DNA of 63,422 nucleotides, the filler included, from Neoconidiobolus thromboides FSU 785 (lineage: Eukaryota; Fungi; Entomophthoromycota): NCBI GenBank assembly GCA_025603075.1. It is 8 parts of 8 records of this genome, joined end to end, with 100 filler letters (N's around TTAATTAATTAA, not from the genome) between each part and the next. Parts side by side here need not be neighbours in the genome. Positions count along the whole stretch, not along the records: positions 1 to 29,706 come from MU626489.1; 7 more parts are not named here. One strand, written 5' to 3'. Shown here piece by piece: positions 13,373 to 24,721 of the stretch; position 1 is the stretch's first letter; the number at the start of each line of letters is the position of its first letter. A program made the position numbers and the translations under genes. The notes below the pieces were generated by a model that was not told where the DNA came from, did not search any database, and saw only the letters and a list, made by a program, of their open reading frames with translations.

Positions 13373-15141
13373 ATGGAGGTAACTTAATTATTAAATAATT
13401 TAATGATATCAATTCTTTTCTTTTCACCTTTTCATTAATAGAAAAAAATATTGAATATAAAATTTATTCATCCAGACTTAGGGATTGGAGGTGCTGAACG
13501 ATTAATCATCGATGCTGCTTCTGGTCTTCGAAACCTTGGTCATAATATCATTGTTTATACTTCTCATTATGATCCTAATCATTGTTTTGAAGAAACATTA
13601 GATGGTCGAGTTGATGTTAAAGTAGCAGGAAATAGTATAATACCCAATTCCATCTTCAATAATAAATTTAAAGTATTTTGTGCTTGGTTAAGAAGTTTTC
13701 ATTTAGTTAGTAACTTGATTGTAAACAAAGTGAAAGCGGATGTAATAGTAGTGGATCAAGTATCAGCAGCTATCCCATTATTAAAAGTTATGGGTTATAA
13801 AGTAAATTTCATTTTATTAAATTCTTTTTTTTATTTTTATTTTTAGGTATTGTTTTATTGTCATTATCCCGATAAATTATTAACAGGAAGAGAAACTTTA
13901 TTAAAAGCAATTTATAGATATCCGATTGATAAGTTAGAAGAATGGACAACAGGTAATTTATTTCCATATGATTTTATTCAATATGCTAATATTCAATTAA
14001 TATAATATTATATAATTCTATTTTCATTTTTGATTAAATTAGCCCAAGCTGATAAAATTTTAGTGAATAGTAATTTTACATTAGGAGTATTTAAAAAAGC
14101 ATTTCCAAGTATTCAACAAGTACCTGAAGTATTATATCCTGGTATTCAAATTGCTAACTATAAGTTAGGGGTAGATGAAGAAGTATTAAATGATGAAAGT
14201 GTAATTCCTATTTTAAGGTAATCCCATTTATACTTGTATTTCTATTTCTATTTCTATTTCTATTTATAATTATTATTAGTAATATAATATAATGTTTTAT
14301 TTTATTTTATTTATATTATATATATTTTAGTAAAGATAAATTATTAATAACATCTATTAATCGATTTGAACGTAAAAAAAATATTGGTTTAGCTATTAAA
14401 GCATTTGCTGAAATTATTAATGATAAGAATAAAAAAAAGAAATACATTAAGAAATTGAGATTAATAATAGCAGGTAATTCTAATTTATTGTATTATTTAA
14501 TAGAATAGCAATTAATATATATTATTTATAATGTTATAGGTGGTTATGATATTGAAAATTTAGAAAATATTGAACATTTAAAAGAATTAATTAATTTAAC
14601 TCAAGAATTGAATTTATCCTACCAGGTTTATTTTAATAGTATGATAGATAACACTCTTATTCAAGGCACTACTCAAGTGTTATTTTTACCTTCTTTTAAT
14701 GAAAAACAACGACGCTATTTACTTAATAATTCCCTATGTTTAATTTATACTCCCACTGGAGAACACTTTGGGATTGTTCCAATAGAAGCTATGTATTGTA
14801 AATTACCAGTAATAGCAGTAAACTCAGGTGGACCTAAAGAAACGATCAATCATAATGAAACAGGATATTTAACTTTTCCATCACCAAAAGAGTTTTCTAA
14901 TTGTATTAGAAAATTCGTTAACAATCCCAATTTAGCTAAAGAATTAGGAATCAATGGCAATTTAAGAGTATTACAGAAGTTTACATCAGAAAAATTCGAT
15001 AGTAAATTGGAACATATTTTAATCAAATTAGTTAATGAAAAGGGAAAACAAAGAAACTTGTTTCAAATAATAACTGTTTGGGCTTATTCATTGTTGTTTT
15101 TGATACTTTTTTTACCTTTTGTTTATTTAGGTTGGGTTTAA
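13373..15141 (+). CDS. ALG2: Alpha-1,3/1,6-mannosyltransferase ALG2 (GT4), multi-exon
   Basis: Micro-exon ATG GAG (13373-13378), intron 13379-13441, then KKILNIKFIHPDLGIGGAERLIIDAA. Later exons give VLFYCHYPDKLL, ADKILVNSNFT, SINRFERKKN and EHFGIVPIEAMYCKLPVIAVNSGGPKETI, with a C-terminal TM helix. The track splits it into several partial ORFs. Confidence 0.95.
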
Positions 15142-15200
15142 ATAAAAAGAATATACTATTAATTTCCTAGTGAATGAAATTAAGTTTTTATTGAGTTTTC

Positions 15201-15295
15201 AACTGGGAGTATTTTTTTTTAAAAATTTTACTGACAATCCTCAAATGGCGTCTAAAAATGGAAAAAGTGATGAAATCAAAAAAACATCCTCATAT
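15201..15295 (+). mobile_element. MITE copy 3, internally deleted, about 60 bp after the ALG2 stop
   Basis: Consensus match with a short internal deletion. Confidence 0.8.
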
Positions 15296-15498
15296 TATTA
15301 TAACTCAAGTATATAAGTAATATATTAATAAATTTTATTATATTAATACTAAAATCACTCGATCATAATAAATTAATTGAAAACATTTATAATAAAATGA
15401 AATCCTTAATACTATTTGTTTGCTTTTTAAAAATAATATTAAAAAAACACCATTTTCATTTGTTGAATTATTTTTATTAATCAATTATAATCAATAAT

Positions 15499-15780
15499 TT
15501 ATTCTGGTCCTGTTTTACCATCTTGATGTTTAGCTTCTTTTTCAGCAGCAATTTGAATATCTCTATCTCTTTCATCTTCACCTACTATTTTTTCTTTTAA
15601 ATGTTTTAATCCTTGTTTAATTCCAGATAAAGCTCCTTCTTTTTCTTCATGAGGATGAGAATGAGAATGAGAATGAGTATGGGGATTATTACCAGTGACA
15701 GCAGCAGTACCAGTAGTTACATTATTATGAGGATTGATAGCAGCGTTATTAATCGTAGTACTTGTTTTATGTGGTTCCAT
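15499..15780 (-). CDS. Small His-rich hydrophilin-like protein (93 aa)
   Basis: ORF with coding-like composition, an HS repeat encoded by (GAGAAT)n, and an amphipathic segment EKEGALSGIKQGLKHLKEKIVG; no Cys, Trp, Phe or Tyr. Confidence 0.7.
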   Translation of the reverse strand: MEPHKTSTTINNAAINPHNNVTTGTAAVTGNNPHTHSHSHSHPHEEKEGALSGIKQGLKHLKEKIVGEDERDRDIQIAAEKEAKHQDGKTGPE

Positions 15781-16821
15781 TTTATTTATAAACTAAAAAA
15801 TCAACTTACCTTTTTTTTGCTTTTATATCATATAACTTGAATATTTTGATCATGGTGATGTCATTACTTGAAAGGAAATAAATAATTAAAATGGGGCTAA
15901 ATAAATGTTTTAATATAAACTTCAAACTAAAATTATTTAACAAATTTAATAAATTTAATAAATGATATTATTATGAATAACTTAATAAAAATTACACTAA
16001 GTTAAATATTTTAGTCCTAATCGATGTATTTTATTTATTATTGTGAATATAGTATAGTGTCTTTAATAAGAATTTCAAGCTCGAAACACAGTCACAAATT
16101 ATTTGTTTGAATATTGAATGTTTTTATTTTTAATATTTGATAATAGCTTTAAAATAAGTCTTTATCAATTCATTACATGGGCGGGGATGTCCGAATTGAT
16201 TCCAGGATTTAGATTTATAAGCCCTTAAATGTACGATTAGTTAAATTTGAAAAGCTTAAAGTTAAATCAAAATTTTAAGAGATTTATTTGAATTGTTTTA
16301 TATTTATTAAATGTTTGATAAATACATAGTTCTTTGGCTTTAATTTTTATTATAAACAAAATTTTAAATATAATTCCTAAAAACTTTAATACAATAAGGA
16401 AAAACACACTATATAAACATTGTAACTCATTTATATTAATTTTAATAACTTTATAATAATCTAAAGTTTATAGAATTTTATTATTATAATAATGAAGAGC
16501 TTAAGCAACATAAAAAACCAGTGTTTTAAAGAAAGCAGGAAATAAAAATCAATAAGTAACATTACTATCAACTATAGCTTCAGTATGTTCTTCTGGTAAA
16601 TATAAAAGTTTTAGATCCAATATAACATAAACAAAAATCAATATGACTATTTAAAAATACAAAATATTATATAATATTTACTTGATAATTTAATAATTTA
16701 ATATTTAAAAAGTTTATAAAAATTGATATATAAATAGATATAAAAAATCATTCTGAATTTCAAGAGTTTTTGTACTGTACATTTGAAAAAATTTCTAAGT
16801 GTGAAATATCGCTTTGTCAGT

Positions 16822-17260
16822 CTCATGGTTAATTATAGCATAATAATCGCCTAAGCTGTTGTATTCTCGAGTTCAGAGAAAATCAATCCCACATTCTTAG
16901 TTTGATTTGCTATGAGAATTTCTAGCTTCATTCCAAAGAAGCTTATCTTCTCATTTTGATATTTCTACTTTTCAGAGTATAAAAGAGTTTTCAGAGTATA
17001 GTAGTTCGAGGCTTTTTAACTGAACTATTCGCTATATCTCGAACATTTAATAAAACCATTAAGTTTTCTTAATAGTATTTTACATGGACTTCACATTAGT
17101 ATTGTCTATTCTATTTGTTTTACATAGTCTATAGCCTATTACGTGCCATTCTTCATAATTCAAGTCTATCTTAGCCACATAAACTAAGACCTTTCGACTT
17201 ATAGTGTAGTCAACCAGGCAATAGCTGTTTTTGACTCGAAACACTGAGTACCAGATTTCA
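16822..17260. repeat. About 440-bp dispersed repeat, copy A (probable TE relic)
   Basis: Aligns co-linearly with 33131..33570 at roughly 85% identity (by eye); no long open frame in either copy. Confidence 0.85.
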
Positions 17261-17268
17261 CACAAGGT

Positions 17269-17374
17269 AAATAGGGTTTTTTTTTTAGTTTCATCACTTT
17301 TTCTATCTTTTAAGTGCTATTTGAGTGGAAAAATTATTAGTAAAACCCTTAACCATAAAAAGGCATTCTTATTT
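17269..17374 (-). mobile_element. MITE copy 4
   Basis: Reverse-orientation consensus match, abutting the 440-bp repeat. Confidence 0.8.
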
Positions 17375-17680
17375 AATAACAAATTTGCAATATTGGCTAT
17401 AAAGGACTCAGTGATAAATATTTTTCAATAAAGCTTTATAAGAGTATATATTCATTTATATATTATAATATTAATTTGGGAGTTTTTATTAAATCTAATA
17501 GAAATTCTGTTAACTTAGAATATAAATTATAATAAAATAATTTAAATCATGTTAAATACTTTTAGTTTTTAAATTTATTTTTATAGAATTTTAAACAAAG
17601 TTTTTGAAACATAAATCTTTTAATAGATAAAAAAATAAAACCAATTCAGATATTCTTATATTTATTCAATCTATAAAATT

Positions 17681-17738
17681 AAATAAAAATAAAAATAAAA
17701 ATAAAAATAAAAATAAAAATAAAAATAAAAATAAAAAT
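17681..17738. repeat. (TAAAAA)n hexanucleotide microsatellite, about 9 units
   Basis: Seen directly. Confidence 0.95.
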
Positions 17739-17972
17739 TTAATATAACATTTTTTTAGTTTAAGATTACTTATTATCTATAAAAGTGTTTTTAAAATTAA
17801 TTGATACTATTTAATATTTAGTTAATATTTTTATAAATTAATATTAAATAATTGGTTATATTTAAATAATAGCATTATTATATATCTAAACATTTTGAGA
17901 GAAATAAAATAACTAAAATAAATCTTCTAAATTAAATTCTATTATTTGATTTGAAGCTTTTTAAAATTAACT

Positions 17973-18078
17973 ATATGGGGCTGTTTTTTTTAGTTTCATT
18001 ATTTTTCCATTTTTTAAGCGCTATTTATGTGGAAAAATTGTTAGTAAAATTCTTAAATACAAAAATACATCCCCATAT
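17973..18078 (-). mobile_element. MITE copy 5 (TSD ATAT/ATAT); 1 mismatch from copy 25
   Basis: Consensus match. Confidence 0.93.
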
Positions 18079-19019
18079 ATTAAGGACTTGTAAATTTAAA
18101 AACTTAAAATTTAGATTAATTCTTAACTAAATTCTGAAACCAATTTGAACATCCCTCATATACTAATAAAGCTATATTATTTAGATATTAATTGACAGAA
18201 AATATATTTAGATATAAATATACTCATTGTTAAAATCCAATCAACTGTTATCTTTTTAATTGAGTATCTAGAAATTAGATATTATTCTCTAAAGATTAAT
18301 ATTGTTTTGAATTAGACTTAAAAAAAGACTAAATGAGGTTTGCTTGTATTATTTTAATAACATAAAATAAAACCTAATTTTGTGTAACACCTTTATTTAA
18401 TTATTAACTTAAATTTAGACTTTGGGATTCTAGATTTATTAGATGCTTACTTAATCTAATTGAATATCTTAAGCTTAATATTATTTGATAAATGATTCAA
18501 ATGGAACTTAATTAATACTTAATAATCAAGTCCAAATCAATAGAATATTTGAAATTCGCTTCTATTTAAGTTAAAGAAGGTAGTAAAAAGAAGGTAGTAT
18601 AAACTTTCGATTCAAAATTGAGATATCAACAATATGGAATAGATACAGTTTACATTAAAGCCAAAGAGAATAGCATAATAAATACCTAGGGCTTATCAAA
18701 TAAACGTATATTAATATACCATAATTCATTAAATTTTAGATATTGTAAATGATTTATTATATTAAAAAAAATTGTTTTTACTTAAATTGTATATTCAGTA
18801 ACCAATTTTTAAGGGATGTAAAGAATTGTGTATAATCTTCAAATTATTTAACAAATCTTAAAAATAATGTACAGTTACAATAACTTTGGTGGTTTTTGAT
18901 AATGTGAGCATATCAACAAATATACCATAAACTCATAAAGAATCAGAATACATGACTACATAAATATCAAATAGAATATATCAACAAGTTTATTTAAAAA
19001 CAAATCTTAACAATTTTTA

Positions 19020-19058
19020 TTACTAGATTACTAGATTACTAGAAAACTAGAAAACTAG
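19020..19058. repeat. Short 7-bp tandem repeat (TTACTAGA/AAACTAGA-like units)
   Basis: ttactagattactagattactagaaaactagaaaactag. Confidence 0.75.
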
Positions 19059-20043
19059 TATAATAGAAGGGATAAGTTGACTCTAATAAAGTCAAAAGGC
19101 TTTCTTTTTGTATATTAATATGCAAAATTTTAATTAAGCATAAAATTGAGGGGGTGAAAAGGAAAATTGATGAAGCAATTATTATAAAAAAGAACATCGA
19201 AGTGAAGTAAACATTAGCTTCCCTTTAAAATGATTGTTTGTTACTCAATATAGAATATGTCTTATTAAACTAAAGTATTATTTCCTGAGAAAGAAATGAA
19301 ATTAACTCAAATGATATTAAAGTGATTTGATAACTGATAACACACAACAACTTTGAAAATAAGTTTTTGAATATTTTAAATCACGTTGTTGACTGGAGAG
19401 GATTTGGAACTCAATCTAAAAATAAAAACCATAAAACTTAACAAATCATAAAAGTTGACATTTGTTGTTGACTTAGAATTTAATAAGAAAAAAATTAAAT
19501 TGTGTTCTTTATATGCAAGTTGAAAAACTAAATGTATAAAAAGGAGCGGTAATTATCAATTGAATTCGAATGAACATAATAAAGTAAAAACATAAACTAT
19601 GAAATATAAAACAAGATGGTAGTTCTATTACTTTTAATATAATAAAGTAGACAATAAAGAGGGCTATTGTTTTTATTTATTTACTATTTTAATATCATTT
19701 TAATACAGAATAATAGTCATAAACTATACTTTTAATTTCTTTTTAAAGGATTATTAACTTTAAGCTGAAATAATATTTTTAGTAATTCCTCGCTTTTATT
19801 AACTTAGTATGCATTTTACTAAATATAAATTAAAGGGGATAAAAAATTAGATCAAATGATTTTTGCTTAAAATGTAATAATGCCATTCAATAAAGTTTAC
19901 TTAATATCAACAAAATAAAAATGTAAAAGTATAAAAGCTATCAATTTGACTTTAAAACAAACCAAGTTATTATACTTAATCTTTAGGGGAGGACTTTCAG
20001 TTTCTTATATCAACTTAATTTTATTAGTATTTCTTTAATCATT

Positions 20044-22359
20044 ATGCTTTTCTCTATCGTTCCTTTAGTATTAGCTAGTGTTGTATTGGGTTCCAGATAT
20101 CCTAACAATGTAGATTGGGAACATCCTTGCGGACGTGGACATTTTAATGAAGGTTATGACGGTCAAATTGAAAGTTTGATCTCTAAAATGAATTTACGTG
20201 AAAAAATCGGTCAATTATCTCAACTTAATATTGGTATTTTAATTAACAAAACTACACAGGAATTAGATCCTAAACTTGTGGATTATTATGTTAATGAGAT
20301 GCAAGTTGGTTCCTTTTTTAATAATCTTGTTGATGGTACTGAAGCTGTACCACCAAGACCAGATAAATGGGTGCGTGTAATGAATCAATTACAAGATGCT
20401 ACTCAAAAAAATCGGTTAAAGATTCCTATGCTTTATGGTTTAGATTCTGTCCATGGTGCTCATTACGTTTATGGTGCTACTATTTTCCCACAACAATTGG
20501 GTCAAGCTGCTACTTTTAATCGTACTTTAGTTAAAAAAATTGGTGAAATTACAGCTAAAGATACCAGAGCTGTTGGTGTCCATTGGAATTTTTCTCCAAT
20601 TTTAGATATTGCTGTTAACAAACAATGGCCAAGAGTTTATGAAACTTTTGGTGAGGATCCATATGTTGCTGCTGAATTAGGTAGAGAAACTATTGTTGGT
20701 TATCAAGGTTGTGGTAAAGATTTAGCTCGTCAAGATAAAGTAGCTGCTACTATGAAACATTTTATTGGTTATTCTTCTACTCGTTCTGGCAAAGATGTAG
20801 ATGGTGCTTGGATGTCTGAAAGAATTGTCAATGATTATTTTAGACCAAGTTTCCAAGCCGCTGTTGAAGCAGGCATTGCTACTACTATGGAATCCTACTC
20901 TGATATTGATGGCGATCATTTAGTTAACTCTAAGCAATATTTAGTTGATTTACTTCGTAAAAAAATGAATTTCAAAGGTGCTTTAGTTACTGATTATCAA
21001 CAGATTCAGAAATTACATGATCCAATTCATATTGCTTCTTCTCAAGAAGATGCTGTCTATAAAGTAATGAAATTGGGTACTCTAGATATGTCCATGATTC
21101 CAAATGATATTACTTTTATTACTATTTTGGAAGGCTTAATCAAAAAAGGCAGAATCTCAATGAACCTCATTAATAACAATGTACGCCGTATGCTCGTTTT
21201 GAAGAAAAAGTTAGGATTACTTGGTTCAACTGGTAAGGTAGATGTCAATTCACAATTAGTTAGAAGCATTGGGTCTAAAGAAGATCGTCAAGTATCCTTA
21301 GATGCAGCAAGAGAATCTGTTATTTTATTACATAATAAAAATAATGCTCTTCCACTTAAAAAAGGTCTTAAAGTATTAGTAACTGGTCCAACTGCTGATT
21401 CCATTAGTTACCAAACTGGTGGATGGACTTTCCAATGGCAAGGAACTAACAAAGATGAATGGTATCAAGGAAACGGAACTACCATTGTTGAGGGATTGAA
21501 GAAATTTGCTAGTGTCACCCATTTGCCTTCCATTGATATCAATGGAAACTGGGTTGGTTCCGGCATCGATGGTGTTGTACGTGCTGCTAAAGATCATGAT
21601 GCTATTGTAGTATGTATTGGTGAAGCTAATTATGCTGAATTCTTTGGAAATATCAATGATATGGCCATCCATTACATGCAATTAAATATCCTTTATGCTT
21701 TAATTGGTAATACTGATAAACCTGTCATTGCTGTAGTAAATCAAGGTAGACCAAGAGTTATCAACTCAAATATTGATCAAGCTAGCGGTGTAATCAACAA
21801 TTTCTTAGCTGGACCATATGCAGGCCAAGCTATTGCTGAAGTTATCTTTGGCGAAACTAATCCATCTGGTAAATTACCACTTACTTACTCTAACAAAGTT
21901 AATGATAATACTCAAAACTATTATCGTCGTTTTAATGAAGATAACCCAAAAAATTTATGGGATTTTGGTCATGGTTTATCTTATACTACTTTCTCTTACT
22001 CTAACATCACCCTTTCTAAAAACGTTATGACTCCTCAAGATCATATTGTCGTTTCCGTTAAAGTAACTAACTCTGGAGCTATAGCTGGTAAAGAAACCGT
22101 ATTAATGTATGTTACTGATGAATACCGTACCATTTCACCTGAAATTAAAAAATTAAGAGGATTTGAAAAGATACATTTAAATGCTGGAGAAACTAAAGAA
22201 GTTAAATTTGTTATCAATGTTAAAGATCTCGCTTTTGCTGGTTTAGATAACAAATATATTGCTGAAGAAGGTTCTTTCTATGTTACCATTAAAGATTCAA
22301 AAGCTCCATTTGAATTAAAAGTTGGCTATGGTCGTGATACTTTCTATCTTGGAGAATAA
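20044..22359 (+). CDS. Secreted glycoside hydrolase family 3 beta-glucosidase (BglX-like), intronless
   Basis: Signal peptide; DSVHG, RVYETFGEDP, MKHFIGY, nucleophile motif LVTDY, NPSGKLPLTY, FGHGLSYTTF and a C-terminal Fn3-like domain (GKETV..KKLRGFEKI); strong codon bias. Confidence 0.96.
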   Translation: MLFSIVPLVLASVVLGSRYPNNVDWEHPCGRGHFNEGYDGQIESLISKMNLREKIGQLSQLNIGILINKTTQELDPKLVDYYVNEMQVGSFFNNLVDGTEAVPPRPDKWVRVMNQLQDATQKNRLKIPMLYGLDSVHGAHYVYGATIFPQQLGQAATFNRTLVKKIGEITAKDTRAVGVHWNFSPILDIAVNKQWPRVYETFGEDPYVAAELGRETIVGYQGCGKDLARQDKVAATMKHFIGYSSTRSGKDVDGAWMSERIVNDYFRPSFQAAVEAGIATTMESYSDIDGDHLVNSKQYLVDLLRKKMNFKGALVTDYQQIQKLHDPIHIASSQEDAVYKVMKLGTLDMSMIPNDITFITILEGLIKKGRISMNLINNNVRRMLVLKKKLGLLGSTGKVDVNSQLVRSIGSKEDRQVSLDAARESVILLHNKNNALPLKKGLKVLVTGPTADSISYQTGGWTFQWQGTNKDEWYQGNGTTIVEGLKKFASVTHLPSIDINGNWVGSGIDGVVRAAKDHDAIVVCIGEANYAEFFGNINDMAIHYMQLNILYALIGNTDKPVIAVVNQGRPRVINSNIDQASGVINNFLAGPYAGQAIAEVIFGETNPSGKLPLTYSNKVNDNTQNYYRRFNEDNPKNLWDFGHGLSYTTFSYSNITLSKNVMTPQDHIVVSVKVTNSGAIAGKETVLMYVTDEYRTISPEIKKLRGFEKIHLNAGETKEVKFVINVKDLAFAGLDNKYIAEEGSFYVTIKDSKAPFELKVGYGRDTFYLGE

Positions 22360-23522
22360 GCTCTTGCTTAGCTATTTTTAAAGTTGGCTTTTGCATTTAG
22401 TTAAATAAAAATTAATTTATAAATTTAAAATTTGAATGTTTTTAAAAGTTAAAAGTTAGTTGAAGTAGATGAAATATAAAGGTAACATTGCTTTATTAAT
22501 GGTATATTTTCAACAGTTAATAGGGTACATACCTTCAACTCAATTGCTGTACCTAAAGGTTTACTAACTTTATTGTGGTTGTATTTAGATCATCTCAAAT
22601 AATCTGATTTTTAGGTAAAAAAGCTAATCGTTGGTTATGATAGATTTTTATCATATAAATATTGCTTTTATATTTTTATTAATAGATTTGCCCAAATTTT
22701 CAGATTATTTTGAAGTGAGCTTTTATCATTAGCTTCAATACTATATTTCAGAATATTGTAAACTGAAGTAACAAAAGTGGATAATTTTCCATGAGGTAGC
22801 GACATTTGAGATAGAAATGAAAATCATACAACAAGGAGCATAGATTACCCTAAGTTGAACTAAGCTTTAAAAGAGTTTATGCTATTCAAAGAAGGGCTTG
22901 AGAAGGGCTATTTTCCTTTAGTATTTTAGCTGTCTTTATAGAACCTAAAATTCAAAAAAATCAATACAAATTAAAGGTATTTTTGTTTCTAAAACCAATT
23001 AAATTAGTTAGCTTATATGTTCTAAGTATATTCAATGTGTTGCTATATTAGGTAATAGGTGATATTCAAATTTATTGCTTTCATTACCAATATTTATTTC
23101 GAATTAATTGACTTTTCTAGCTTTTGAAAAAATGCTGGATTTGTAATTAGATAATATGTTAATAAGAGCTATAATTTAAATATTAGAGTTAGAGGTTGAT
23201 ATTGATTTTTACTATTGTAGTTAAAAGGTAACTATCTACATGATCTTTAAAAGATACTCTTTATGCCAGAAATAATTTTACTAAATCGCGTAGCTATTAC
23301 AATTTTATAATTGTTCTATATGGAATAGGAATTTGCAATATAGCAATGGCAACAAATATGTAACCTTTTAATATATGAACAACTAAATATGTTATATAAT
23401 GGTAATTGAATAAAATAAATAGACACAAGGTATAGTATAAAAAGGAAAGCCAACTTTAATAAGTTTATTATAATTATTTGTTGACCAAATAACATTACAA
23501 ACAGTATTTTAACTTTGGCAAA

Positions 23523-24047
23523 ATGCGCTTTCTTAATTTGAGCTTCCTTACTTTATTATTGACTTCTGCTATTTATGGACAATCTAATGGCGAAGACTTT
23601 AGTCATGCTGTGCTTCGTATTCTTAATGAAAGAAGAGCAGCTAGAAGCTTACCACCAATTCCATTTTCATCCAAATTAACCAAAGTAGCTGAAGTCCATG
23701 CTCAAAACCAAGATGCAGCTAAGGCATCACTAACTCATGACTGGCATGGCGAATATGCATGTAGTATGTCTGATGGGTATTGTATGTGGAATAAACCAAA
23801 GGAAATAGCTGGATATGGTGATCTTGGGTTTGAGTGTGGTTATAACGGTCCTACTGATGATCCAAAATCTCTTGTTGATTCATGGGAAGGGTCACCATTA
23901 CATGCTCAAGTTTTATTTAATGAAGGTCCATGGAATCAAGGTTGGGAAGCGGCTGGTGCCGGTAAATCAGGCAGTTATGGTTTTATGTGGTTTGGCCATA
24001 CTAGGGACGAATCTCCTAGTGGTGCTCCTGAAGCAATCAACCCTTAA
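23523..24047 (+). CDS. Secreted CAP/SCP-domain protein, intronless
   Basis: Signal peptide; LNERRAARSLPP..LTKVAEVHA, CMWNKPKEIAGY..GFE, SWEGSPLHAQVLFN, AAGAG..YGFMWFG. Confidence 0.92.
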   Translation: MRFLNLSFLTLLLTSAIYGQSNGEDFSHAVLRILNERRAARSLPPIPFSSKLTKVAEVHAQNQDAAKASLTHDWHGEYACSMSDGYCMWNKPKEIAGYGDLGFECGYNGPTDDPKSLVDSWEGSPLHAQVLFNEGPWNQGWEAAGAGKSGSYGFMWFGHTRDESPSGAPEAINP

Positions 24048-24721
24048 TCGTTTTTTAATTATTCAAACTAAAATGAAGTTGTCTTAGTATCAACATTTAA
24101 CTTTCATATCGATTTTTTAATAAATTAGAAGTTTCGTGTATAGATGTTTTAAATCAAGTAGTTTAATAATTAAACACTGTATTATTATTTGGAATTATTG
24201 TATTTATATTTATTAAGTATAATCATGACTATTACTAATATATTTTCTTAATTTAAATGATGTGACTTGATTTTTAGCTTAAGATACTTAAAAATTTATC
24301 TATAAATAAAATATACAAGCTGTATTTTTCAACAATGTGAGTCGTTCTTAAAAAGAGAGTGGCTTGGTTTAGCACTATATGACCTTTTTGAACTAATATT
24401 ATGACCTTATACAATGGCAAGTATTTTATTTTATTTTATTTTAGTTAGCTTTATTTTCAAAACTATAGTTATGAAGCTTTGGTATTTATCATACACAATA
24501 TAAATAGCATGGCGATTCATTTAACTATACTAACATAATCTTATTTTATAATTGTACCTCAAGTGAATATTAATGTGTCATAAAGTTTAATTCTTTTATT
24601 AAGATCAGATCAAAGTTATCAATTGTTTGGATTTATATCAAATAAATTAAGTGACAATTAATAACTATTTTATTATTTATATATTTGTTTAGAAAAGGCT
24701 AATACATTTTGAATTTCACTT

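Noticed and set aside
20722-22253. Antisense or alternative-frame ORFs inside GH3, homeobox, CAP, eEF3 and esterase genes
   Set aside because: Shadows of codon-biased genes; no motifs.
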